A DNA stretch of 64,000 nt from Acidobacteriota bacterium (GCA_017860005.1 JAFNAE010000001.1:1382-65381), one strand, 5' to 3'; positions 19,947 to 28,011 are shown, numbered from the stretch's first letter. Notes: generated by a model not told the origin, from the letters alone. Program-made: numbers and translations.

Positions 19947-20296
19947 GATTCCCGGTGCGCAGGGTGGAGAAGCCGTGGGGCCACGAGCTCGTCTTCGCCC
20001 ACACCCCTCTTTACGTCGGCAAGCTGCTCCACATCGAGCCCGGGCAGGCTCTCTCCCTCCAGTACCACGAGCACAAGGACGAGACCTTCTTCGTCGCTCG
20101 CGGATCGATCGAGCTCCAGGTCGAGGAGGACGGCATGCTCGTGTCGCGCGACCTCCGCGAGGGGGACTCCTACCACGTGGCGCCGCCGACCCGGCACCGG
20201 ATGATCGCCGGAGCCGCCGGCTGCGACCTGTTCGAGGTCTCGACCCCTGAGCTCGAGGACGTGGTGAGGCTGGAGGACCGCTATGGCCGGGCGTGA
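19943..20296 (+). CDS. Cupin-domain protein (mannose-6-phosphate isomerase type II-like)
   Basis: VEKPWG, LSLQYHEHKDET, EVSTPELEDVVRLEDRYGR. Confidence 0.85.
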   Translation: MRFPVRRVEKPWGHELVFAHTPLYVGKLLHIEPGQALSLQYHEHKDETFFVARGSIELQVEEDGMLVSRDLREGDSYHVAPPTRHRMIAGAAGCDLFEVSTPELEDVVRLEDRYGRA

Positions 20297-21074
20297 ATCG
20301 GGCGGCCGCCCGCCGACCCTGGTGGCGATCGCCGCGTTGCTGGGCCTCGTCTGCGCGGCGTGCGCTTCGACGTCGAAGCCGGTCCGCGAGCCGCTGCCGC
20401 CGCGCGCGGTCGCGCCGGAGACTCCGCCGCCGCCCCCGTCGGAGCCGCCGGTCGCGGTGCCTCCGAAACCCGCCACCGTGGTCGTCCTCGACCCGGGTCA
20501 GGACGCGGCCGAGGCAGCGCCCACGCTCGCCGAGGCGGCCGCCCGCGAGCGCGAGCGCCGGCGCACGGCGGAGAAGCCGATCGCGGTGATCGACGACAAG
20601 AACCTCGCCGAGTTCGCCCGCGATCAGAAGCTCACGATCGCGCAGGGAGACCCGGAGTCCCCGTCGCCGGCGCCCGAGGTGGCGCTCGCCGGCGACCACG
20701 ACGAGGCCTGGTGGCGGAACCGCGGGCTCGAGATCCGCCGCGAGTGGCGGCATGCGGTGGACAGCGTGGAGCGCCTCGAGGGCGAAGTGGCCGAGCTGCG
20801 CAACCGCTTCTACGCCACCGACGATCCCTACGTGAGGGACGGCCAGGTCAAGCCCGAGTGGGATCGGCGTCTGGCGGAGCTCGAGAGCGCGCGGCGCAAG
20901 GCGGCGGACGGACGGCTCGAGGTCGAGCGCTACCTCGAGGAGGGCCGGCGGGCGGGCGCCCTGCCGGGCTGGCTGCGGGAGGGCGTCGAGCTCGAGCCCG
21001 AGCCCGTCCTGCCGCGCGTCGAGGACGCCGAGCCGGGCGAGCCGGTGGTGTTGGGGCAGGACCCTCCACCGTGA
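20283..21074 (+). CDS. Hypothetical lipoprotein with Pro-rich linker and coiled coil
   Basis: Hydrophobic stretch ending CAAC; overlaps both neighbours; typical codon usage. Confidence 0.65.
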   Translation: MAGRESGGRPPTLVAIAALLGLVCAACASTSKPVREPLPPRAVAPETPPPPPSEPPVAVPPKPATVVVLDPGQDAAEAAPTLAEAAARERERRRTAEKPIAVIDDKNLAEFARDQKLTIAQGDPESPSPAPEVALAGDHDEAWWRNRGLEIRREWRHAVDSVERLEGEVAELRNRFYATDDPYVRDGQVKPEWDRRLAELESARRKAADGRLEVERYLEEGRRAGALPGWLREGVELEPEPVLPRVEDAEPGEPVVLGQDPPP

Positions 21075-22474
21075 CCCCGCCGCTCCGGCCGCGCAGGTTC
21101 CTGATCGAGACCTGGGGCTGCCAGATGAACGAGCTGGACAGCCAGCGCCTGGCCGGCCAGCTCATGCGCCAGGGCCTCCTCCCGACCCGCGACGCCGGCG
21201 AGGCGGACCTCCTGCTCCTGAACTCGTGCAGCGTGCGCGAGAAGGCCGAGCACAAGGTCTACTCGAGGTTGGGCGAGTACCGCCTGCTGAAGCGCGAGCG
21301 CCCCGGCATGCGCATCGGCCTGTGCGGCTGCGTGGCGCAGCAGGAGGGCGAGCGCGCCCTGGCGCGCGTGCCCGAGCTCGACTTCGTGCTCGGACCCGCC
21401 CGCGTCGGCGAGCTCGCCGCGCTGCTGCCGCGGCTCGCGGTGGGGGAGCGCGTGGTCGCCGTCGGCTTCCCGGACCAGCGCCACTACGACATCGACGCGG
21501 TCGGCCGGCTCGACGCCTACAAGGGCATGGTGACCGTGATCGAGGGCTGCGACAAGCGCTGCACGTTCTGCATCGTCCCCAGCACGCGCGGCGCCGAGCG
21601 CTGCCGCCCGCTCGCCGACGTGGTGGCGGAGGTAGAGCACCTCCTCGCCTACGGCTTCGTCGAGATCGAGCTCCTCGGCCAGACCGTGAATCACTGGCGG
21701 GAGCCGGGCGGCGACGCCGACTTCGCCGACCTGCTCGACGCCGTGGCGCCGCTGCCCGGCCTGCGCCGGCTGCGCTTCGTGACCAGCTACCCGCGCGATT
21801 TCACGAACCGCATGATCGAGCGTCTCCGGATCCACGCCAATCTCTCCGACTACCTCCACCTGCCGGTGCAGTCGGGCTGCGACCGGACCCTGCGCCGGAT
21901 GGGGCGCGGCTATACGGTCGCCGAGTACCGGGACCTCGTGGCGCGCATCCGCGCGGCCCGGCCTTCGGCGGCGCTCTCGACCGACTTCATCGTCGGCTTC
22001 CCGGGCGAGACGGAGGCGGAGTTCGACGAGACGCTGGCCCTGATCGAGGCGGTCCGTTTCTCGGCGGTCTACGCCTTCTGCTTCTCGCCACGGCCCGGCA
22101 CCGCGGCCGGCCGCCTCGCCGACCAGGTGCCGGCCCGGCTGGCGCAGCAACGGCTCCAGCGCCTCATGGACCTCCAGAACCGGATCCAGGGCGAGATCAA
22201 CGCCTCGCTCGTGGGCACCGAAACGGAGGTCCTGGTGACCGGACCCGGCAAGGAGCCCGGCCAGGTCGTCGGCCGCACCTCCTGCCACCGGATCGTCCAC
22301 TTCCCGGCGCCGGGGAGCGCCGAGGTGCCGGCCCCGGCGTTGGGCAGCCTGGTGCGCGTGCGGGTCACCCGGGCCCTGCCGCATTCGCTCCTGGGCGAGC
22401 CGGCCGCAGCGGCGCCGGTCGGTCTCGACAGGAGGGGTGACTCGAGGCAGCCCCGCCTGCCGGTCGTGGCCTGA
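21071..22474 (+). CDS. miaB: tRNA i6A37 methylthiotransferase
   Basis: TWGCQMN, NSCSVREKAE, radical SAM CDKRCTFC, HLPVQSG, TRAM domain. Confidence 0.94.
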   Translation: MTPPLRPRRFLIETWGCQMNELDSQRLAGQLMRQGLLPTRDAGEADLLLLNSCSVREKAEHKVYSRLGEYRLLKRERPGMRIGLCGCVAQQEGERALARVPELDFVLGPARVGELAALLPRLAVGERVVAVGFPDQRHYDIDAVGRLDAYKGMVTVIEGCDKRCTFCIVPSTRGAERCRPLADVVAEVEHLLAYGFVEIELLGQTVNHWREPGGDADFADLLDAVAPLPGLRRLRFVTSYPRDFTNRMIERLRIHANLSDYLHLPVQSGCDRTLRRMGRGYTVAEYRDLVARIRAARPSAALSTDFIVGFPGETEAEFDETLALIEAVRFSAVYAFCFSPRPGTAAGRLADQVPARLAQQRLQRLMDLQNRIQGEINASLVGTETEVLVTGPGKEPGQVVGRTSCHRIVHFPAPGSAEVPAPALGSLVRVRVTRALPHSLLGEPAAAAPVGLDRRGDSRQPRLPVVA

Positions 22475-22571
22475 GCGGCGGCAGTCCTACCGGGAGTCGT
22501 TTCCGGACGGGAAGGTGGTTGGGCGGCCGGATGGGGATCGCTCGCCGGGCGTGAGAATCCTGGCGGACCTG

Positions 22572-22599
22572 ACGTCCGATAAGATAGATTATGTAAACC
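22572..22599 (+). other. dif-like XerCD recombination site
   Basis: ACGTCCGATAA-GATAGA-TTATGTAAACC, 11-6-11 layout; right arm 10/11 identical to B. subtilis dif TTATGTAAACT; AT-rich, intergenic, between convergent genes. Confidence 0.8.
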
Positions 22600-22629
22600 A
22601 GAACCCCCGCAAAGGCGCTGGAGAGCCCC

Positions 22630-22654
22630 CTCGCGAGCCCACGGGCTCGGCGAG
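22630..22654. terminator. Hairpin just beyond the parB stop
   Basis: CTCG-CGAGCC-cacg-GGCTCG-g-CGAG; no U tract. Confidence 0.35.
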
Positions 22655-22657
22655 CTC

Positions 22658-23551
22658 CTACTCTTCCTTGGCGTTCCTGAGCTCTTCCAGGATCTGCTCG
22701 AGGGCCCGGATCAGGTCGCTCCGGTCCACGGTGCTCTGCCGGAAGCTGAGCTGCAGCTGATAGCGCTGGTCGGGCGCCTTGAACTTGAACACGTAGGGCC
22801 TTCGACGAGCGCCGGCGCCCGGCTTCTTCCGCGCCTCGGTCCGGGTGTCGCGCCGAACGTCGTCGCGCGTGAGCCCCTGCCGGCCCACGCGGTCCAGCAG
22901 CGCCCTCATCTTCCCCGGATCGCCGAGCTTGGCGACCTCGAGCAGGAGGGACCGCGACCGGATCCCCAGGCTCTCCGCAGTGCGGCGCAGGTCCTCGGGA
23001 ATCTGGAGCAACGCGAGGGTTTCGGCGACCAGGGAACGGGACCGGCCGACAGCCTTCGCGATGCTCTCCTGGGTGTAGCCGTGCCGCTCGCCGAGTGCCC
23101 GGAAGCCCTCGGCCTCTTCGAATGGGCTCAGGTCCCGGCGCTGGAGATTCTCGATCAGCGCGATCTCCAGGGCCTCCTGCTCGGTGACCTCGAGCTCGAT
23201 GGCCGGGATCTCGTAGAGCCCGGCCTCGAGCGCGGCGCGATATCGGCGCTCGCCAGCGATGATCGTGAAGCGTTCGACGCCACGGCCTGGATCCTCGTCC
23301 GAGGCCTCGCGCGGCAGAGCACGCACCAGGATCGGCTCGAGCACGCCCTTGTCCCGGATCGACGAGACCAGCGCTGTCAGGTCGCCCAGGTCCTGCCGGG
23401 GCTGGCCCTCGTGCGGCTGGATCGACGAGAGCGGCAGAAGGCGACCGACTGCCGCCTCGTGGCGCGCGGCGAGCTCGTCCACGAAATGGGCGGTGTGCCG
23501 CATCTTGACTCGCACCGGCAGGCCGCGCTTGGCGGCGGTGGCCTCAGACAC
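22658..23551 (-). CDS. ParB/Spo0J-family CTPase DNA-binding protein with atypical recognition region
   Basis: QPR, GVLEPILVR, IIAGERRYRA, IENLQRRDL, HTH YTQESIAKAVGRSRS; KRGL N-terminal motif. Confidence 0.92.
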   Translation of the reverse strand: MSEATAAKRGLPVRVKMRHTAHFVDELAARHEAAVGRLLPLSSIQPHEGQPRQDLGDLTALVSSIRDKGVLEPILVRALPREASDEDPGRGVERFTIIAGERRYRAALEAGLYEIPAIELEVTEQEALEIALIENLQRRDLSPFEEAEGFRALGERHGYTQESIAKAVGRSRSLVAETLALLQIPEDLRRTAESLGIRSRSLLLEVAKLGDPGKMRALLDRVGRQGLTRDDVRRDTRTEARKKPGAGARRRPYVFKFKAPDQRYQLQLSFRQSTVDRSDLIRALEQILEELRNAKEE

Positions 23552-24302
23552 GACTCAGGACCTCCTCGGAGAGCTTGTAGTACTCGTAGGCTCCGCTCGA
23601 TCGGGGCGCGAAGGTGAAGATCGACTCCTTGTAGGCCGGGCTCTCCTCGAGCCGGACGCTCTTCGTGATGACCGTCTCGAACAGCTTCTCTCCGAACACC
23701 TTATGGATCTGCTCGACGATGTCCTTGGCGAGCAGGGTGCGCTTGTCGTGCAGCGTGATGACGGCGCCCAGGATCTGCAGCTGCGGGTTGGCCCGGGCCT
23801 TCACCTTGTCGATGGTCTCGAGCAGGTCGTCGGTGCCCTCGAGGGCGAAGTAGCTCGACTGGATCGGGATCAGGACGTGGCTGGCGGCGACCAACGCGTT
23901 GACCGTGATGATCCCCAGCGTCGGAGGCGTGTCGAGCAGGACGAAATCGAACTCGTTCTGGACCGCGCCCAGCGCGTCCTTGAGCCGGAAGTGGCTGTCG
24001 ATCTCGCCCAGCAGCTTGGCTTCGAGCTTCGCCAGGGCGATCGACGACGGAGCGAGGAAGAGGTTCGGGATCTTCTCCGCGGGCCGGATGACGTCGGCGA
24101 GCCGCACCTCGGGATCGACCAGGACATCGAAGATCGACCGCTCCAGACTGTGCACGTCCAGGAAGGACATCGAGCTGTTGGCCTGCGGGTCGAGATCGAC
24201 CAGGAGGGTGCGCAGCCCCTTCGTCGCGAGGGCCGCCGAGAGGTTGATGGCGGTGGTCGTCTTGCCGACCCCACCTTTCTGATTCGTGATGGTCAGGATC
24301 AT
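23544..24302 (-). CDS. ParA/Soj-family ATPase
   Basis: NQKGGVGKTTT, DLDPQAN, DTPP; Soj-type DNA-binding arginines (HDKRT, SVRLEESP); overlaps parB start. Confidence 0.95.
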   Translation of the reverse strand: MILTITNQKGGVGKTTTAINLSAALATKGLRTLLVDLDPQANSSMSFLDVHSLERSIFDVLVDPEVRLADVIRPAEKIPNLFLAPSSIALAKLEAKLLGEIDSHFRLKDALGAVQNEFDFVLLDTPPTLGIITVNALVAASHVLIPIQSSYFALEGTDDLLETIDKVKARANPQLQILGAVITLHDKRTLLAKDIVEQIHKVFGEKLFETVITKSVRLEESPAYKESIFTFAPRSSGAYEYYKLSEEVLSRV

Positions 24303-24313
24303 CGCGCGTCGCC

Positions 24314-24342
24314 AGTGTACGGAGCGAGGCGCCCCCGGTCAA
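24314..24342 (-). promoter_or_regulatory. Sigma70-type promoter of the parA-parB-like operon
   Basis: Minus strand TTGACC-N17-TACACT, 11 nt before ATG, no SD. Confidence 0.75.
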
Positions 24343-24370
24343 GTCCGGATCCGGAGCCGCGCGGGCCCCG

Positions 24371-24386
24371 TGTCGGCGCGCCGACA
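24371..24386. promoter_or_regulatory. Perfect 16-bp palindrome, candidate ParB-loading or operator site
   Basis: TGTCGGCGCGCCGACA; same length and TGT/ACA ends as parS; intergenic upstream of parA. Confidence 0.45.
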
Positions 24387-24398
24387 ATCCTATGAAAT

Positions 24399-24422
24399 GT
24401 TGATAACAATGAACTTATCAGC
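24399..24422. repeat. AT-rich 8-8-8 inverted repeat
   Basis: GTTGATAA-CAATGAAC-TTATCAGC, arms 7/8 symmetric. Confidence 0.5.
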
Positions 24423-24433
24423 TCAGGCTCGAC

Positions 24434-24949
24434 TCACATCGGGTACTTGCCGAAGTCCTCGGGACGGGCCTTCTCGAGCCACTCCCGGAGTTTCTCCTCG
24501 TCCGTGGCGGGGTAGGCCTTCGAGGTCGACACCGCCTGATCGAGGACTTCGCGGGCGGCCCAGATCGGAGCCCCCATGCGCAGCGCGAGCGCCATCGCGT
24601 CGCTCGGGCGTGCATCGACGATCGCTTCCTCCCCCGCCGCCGTGCGCACGCGGAGGCGCGCGTAGAAGGTCCCCTCGACGAGCGCGTGGATCTCGATGCG
24701 CTCGAGCCGGGCGGCGAGCGCGTCGAGGATGCCGCGCATCAGATCGTGGGACATCGGCCGGCGGGGCGTGACGCCTTCGGCGGCGAGCGCGATCGCATTG
24801 GCCTCGAAGACCCCGATCCAGATCGGCAGGAAGAGGCTCCCCCCCTCCTCGCGCAGGATCACCACCGGTGCCTCGCTGTTGGGGTCGACGATCAGGCCGC
24901 GGAGCTTCATCTCGACCCATTCGGGTTCGGGTGGCGCAGGTTCGGCCAT
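24434..24949 (-). CDS. Bifunctional nuclease family protein (DUF151)
   Basis: LPIWIGVFEANAI, RPMSHDL, GTFYA, DARPSDAMALALR. Confidence 0.93.
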   Translation of the reverse strand: MAEPAPPEPEWVEMKLRGLIVDPNSEAPVVILREEGGSLFLPIWIGVFEANAIALAAEGVTPRRPMSHDLMRGILDALAARLERIEIHALVEGTFYARLRVRTAAGEEAIVDARPSDAMALALRMGAPIWAAREVLDQAVSTSKAYPATDEEKLREWLEKARPEDFGKYPM

Positions 24950-24955
24950 GGCGGG

Positions 24956-24984
24956 ATTGTCCGGAGTGGCGCCCGATTCGTCAA
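24956..24984 (-). promoter_or_regulatory. Sigma70-type promoter of the DUF151 gene, predicted leaderless transcript
   Basis: Minus strand TTGACG-N17-GACAAT, 6 nt before ATG. Confidence 0.6.
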
Positions 24985-24994
24985 GCGCTCGGCC

Positions 24995-25411
24995 TCAGGC
25001 CTCCCAGGATGCGGCCAGGTCGTCGTCCTCGGCGAGTCGGAGGCCGACCAGTCGGCACCCGGGCGGCAGCGCTCCCTCCAGCCGGGCGCGAATCCAGAGC
25101 ACGAGATTCTCGCTGCTGGGCACTCGCCCGCCGGTGCCGAACTCGTCGAGCGCCTCGTTGAGGTGGTGGTGGTCCACCGCCTCGAGCACGCGCTCGCCCA
25201 CGCAGCGGTCGAGCTCGGGGAGGTCGACCACGAATCCGGTCTGCGCGTCCGGCTCCCCCGCCACTCGGACCGTGAGCCGGTAGTTGTGGCCGTGGCCGGG
25301 CACCTGCGAGCAGCGCCCGAACCGGCGGCGGTTCTCCTCGTCGCTCCACTCCGGACGGCGGTAGAGATGCGCGGCGGAGAATCGGTAGAGGCGCTCGAGC
25401 ACGACGTTCAT
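24995..25411 (-). CDS. 6-pyruvoyl-tetrahydropterin synthase (PTPS/QueD family; CxxxxxHGH type)
   Basis: FSAAH, FGRCSQVPGHGHNY, DHHHLN, SSENL; AGGGAGG SD before ATG 25411. Confidence 0.9.
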   Translation of the reverse strand: MNVVLERLYRFSAAHLYRRPEWSDEENRRRFGRCSQVPGHGHNYRLTVRVAGEPDAQTGFVVDLPELDRCVGERVLEAVDHHHLNEALDEFGTGGRVPSSENLVLWIRARLEGALPPGCRLVGLRLAEDDDLAASWEA

Positions 25412-25608
25412 CGTCAACCCTCCCTGCCGCGGCCCGCGCGCCCACCCGGGCCGCCGACGGGGGCCCGGGCGCGCGCGAGGGGTCGTCTCCGAAGGATCCC
25501 TGGAGCTCTGCGGAATCCCCGTTGCGCGTAAGCGCGGCGTAATTCGTCCGGCCGCCCCGCGCCGCTCCGGCGACGCCGGCTGCTGCGACGCTTACAATGC
25601 ACAGTTCC

Positions 25609-28011
25609 ATGACGAGCCGGCTCGACCGCTACCTGCTGCGCGAGATCCTCGGCCCCTTCGCGCTCGGCCTGCTCGTCTACAGCCTCATTCTACTGGTCCA
25701 ACAGTTCTTCGACTTCGCCGAGATGATCATCCGGCGGGGCCTCCCGCTCGCGACCGTCGGCCGCCTGCTCGCCTATTCGCTGCCCTCGATCGTCGTCCTG
25801 ACGTTGCCGATGGCGCTCCTGCTCGGCGTCCTGCTCGGCATCGGACGCATGGCTTCGGACAGCGAGCTGATCGCGCTGCGCGCCTCCGGAGTGAGCCTCT
25901 ACCGCCTGGTGCGCCCCGTCCTCCTGCTCTCGGTCGCGCTCGCGGGGCTCAACACCTGGCTGATGATGGAGGTGCTGCCGCGCGGCAACAAGGCGTTGTC
26001 GCGGCTGCTGATCGAAGTCGCGACCCAGACTCTCGGGTCGCAGTTCGAGCCCCGGGTCTTCTACAACGAGTTCCAGGGCAAGGTCCTCTACGTCTTCGAC
26101 GCGCCCCCGCGCGGAGGCGACTGGGAGGGCGTCTTCCTGGCCGACGCGGTCCCGGCGGGCGTGCCGCGCACGGATGTCGTGGTCGCGCGCAGCGGACGGC
26201 TGGAGCTCGCGGACAACGGCGAGCAGGTCGTGCTCCGGCTCAACGACGCGGTGCAGCACACCTTCGATTTCGCGCGCCCGGATCGCTACGAGACGCGCCG
26301 CTACGAGAAGCTCCGGCTGGTCCTGCGCGACCGCTTCGCCTCCGAGCAGCGCGAGCGGCTGCTCGCCCGCCAGGATCCCCGTTCCCTCGACTGGGGCGAG
26401 CTCTCCCGGCTCGCCACGGATCCCGGGCAGAACGCGGAGCAGCGCGCCCTGGCGCGCGTCAACCAGCACAAGCGCCTCTCGATCCCCGCCGCCTGCGTGG
26501 TCCTCGGTCTCCTCGCGCTGCCCCTGGCCTTCAACAACCGGCGCGGCGGGAAGTCGTCGGGATTCGCGCTCTCGATCGGCATCGTCGTCCTGTACCACGT
26601 CCTGATCACGCAGGGCGAGGAAGCGGCGCGACTCGGCAAGCTCGGCCCGGCGGCGGCCATGTGGCTGCCCAACCTGGTGCTTGCCGCGTTCGGCGTTCTC
26701 CTGATCTACCTGCGCAACCGCGACCGCTCGCTGCTCGGGATGCTGCGCCGCAAGGCGTGGCTGGTGGCGCCGATCGCCCGGCTCGGCGCGTCCTGGCGCC
26801 GGCGTCGGGACGCGCGCCGGGGCGGACCGGCCGCGGATGGCGGGCCGTCGCGCCCGGCACGCAAACCGGAAGCGGCGGAAGACGCAGCGCGGGTCGTGGT
26901 GCGGCTCCCCCGCCTCCGCCTGCGCTTCCCGAATCTCGTCGATCGCTACGTCCTGCGCCGGTTCGCCTTCGTGTTCACGCTCGTGATCGTGTCGGGCATC
27001 GCCCTGCGCATCGTCGCGGACTTCACGGAGAACGTGGACGACATCCTCCGTCACCGGCCACCCGCGGCGACGCTGGTGCGCTACTACGAGTACCAGGCGC
27101 TCCAGATGGCGTTCGACACGGCGCCGCTCGCGGTCCTGGTCACCACCCTGGTGACCTTCAGCCTGCTCGCCCGCACCAACGAGATCACCGCCTGCCGCGC
27201 GCTCGGCATCAGCCTCTACCGTCTCGCGCTCCCGGCGCTCGCGGGCGCGGCGCTGGTCGCCGCCGGCTCCACGTTCCTGCAGGCGCAGGTGCTGCCGGCC
27301 TCCAACCACAAGGTCCAGGAGGCCAAGGACCGCATCAAGGGGCGTCCGAGCCAGCGCACCCTGCGCAGCGCCGACAAGCAGTGGATGCTCGGGCAGGGGC
27401 GGTTCATGTACAACTTCCTCGCCTACGACGAGCGGCGCTCGGCGCTCCAGCGCATGCAGGTGTTCGAGTTCGACGACAGCCACCAGCTGGTGGCGAGGCT
27501 GTACGCCGACGAAGCGACCTTCGGCGCCGAGGGCTGGGTGATGCGCGAGGGCTGGGCGCGGACGTTCCTCGGCCGCGAGCAGCTCGACTTCCGGCCGCTG
27601 CCCGAGCCGGTTCGCATCGACCTGCCGGAGGCGCCCTCCTTCTTCGCGGCCGAGCCGCGCCGGCCGGCGCAGATGACGTTCGGAGAGCTCGCCGAGTACG
27701 TCGCGGACCTGCGCGAGAGCGGCCAGCCCCAGCCGAAGTACGAGGTCGCGTTGCAGAACAAGGTGGCGTTCCCGGTCGCGTCGGTGGTGATGGCGCTGGT
27801 CGGCCTGCCCTTCGCCTTTCGCCTGCAGCGCCGCGGCGCGCTCTACGGCCTCGGGATCTCGATCATCCTCGGCATGGTGTTCCTCGCCGTCTATGCCTTC
27901 TTCAGCAAGCTCGGGGAGGTCGGGGCGCTGCCCGCGGCGGTGGCGGTGTGGAGCCCGAGCCTGCTGTTCTCGCTGCTCTCCGCCTACTGGTTCCTCGGCG
28001 TCCGGAGCTGA
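25609..28011 (+). CDS. Fused LptF-LptG LPS export permease
   Basis: Two tandem YjgP/YjgQ halves (LDRYLLREI...DSELIALRASG; VDRYVLRRF...NEITACRALG) joined by a basic linker. Confidence 0.92.
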   Translation: MTSRLDRYLLREILGPFALGLLVYSLILLVQQFFDFAEMIIRRGLPLATVGRLLAYSLPSIVVLTLPMALLLGVLLGIGRMASDSELIALRASGVSLYRLVRPVLLLSVALAGLNTWLMMEVLPRGNKALSRLLIEVATQTLGSQFEPRVFYNEFQGKVLYVFDAPPRGGDWEGVFLADAVPAGVPRTDVVVARSGRLELADNGEQVVLRLNDAVQHTFDFARPDRYETRRYEKLRLVLRDRFASEQRERLLARQDPRSLDWGELSRLATDPGQNAEQRALARVNQHKRLSIPAACVVLGLLALPLAFNNRRGGKSSGFALSIGIVVLYHVLITQGEEAARLGKLGPAAAMWLPNLVLAAFGVLLIYLRNRDRSLLGMLRRKAWLVAPIARLGASWRRRRDARRGGPAADGGPSRPARKPEAAEDAARVVVRLPRLRLRFPNLVDRYVLRRFAFVFTLVIVSGIALRIVADFTENVDDILRHRPPAATLVRYYEYQALQMAFDTAPLAVLVTTLVTFSLLARTNEITACRALGISLYRLALPALAGAALVAAGSTFLQAQVLPASNHKVQEAKDRIKGRPSQRTLRSADKQWMLGQGRFMYNFLAYDERRSALQRMQVFEFDDSHQLVARLYADEATFGAEGWVMREGWARTFLGREQLDFRPLPEPVRIDLPEAPSFFAAEPRRPAQMTFGELAEYVADLRESGQPQPKYEVALQNKVAFPVASVVMALVGLPFAFRLQRRGALYGLGISIILGMVFLAVYAFFSKLGEVGALPAAVAVWSPSLLFSLLSAYWFLGVRS

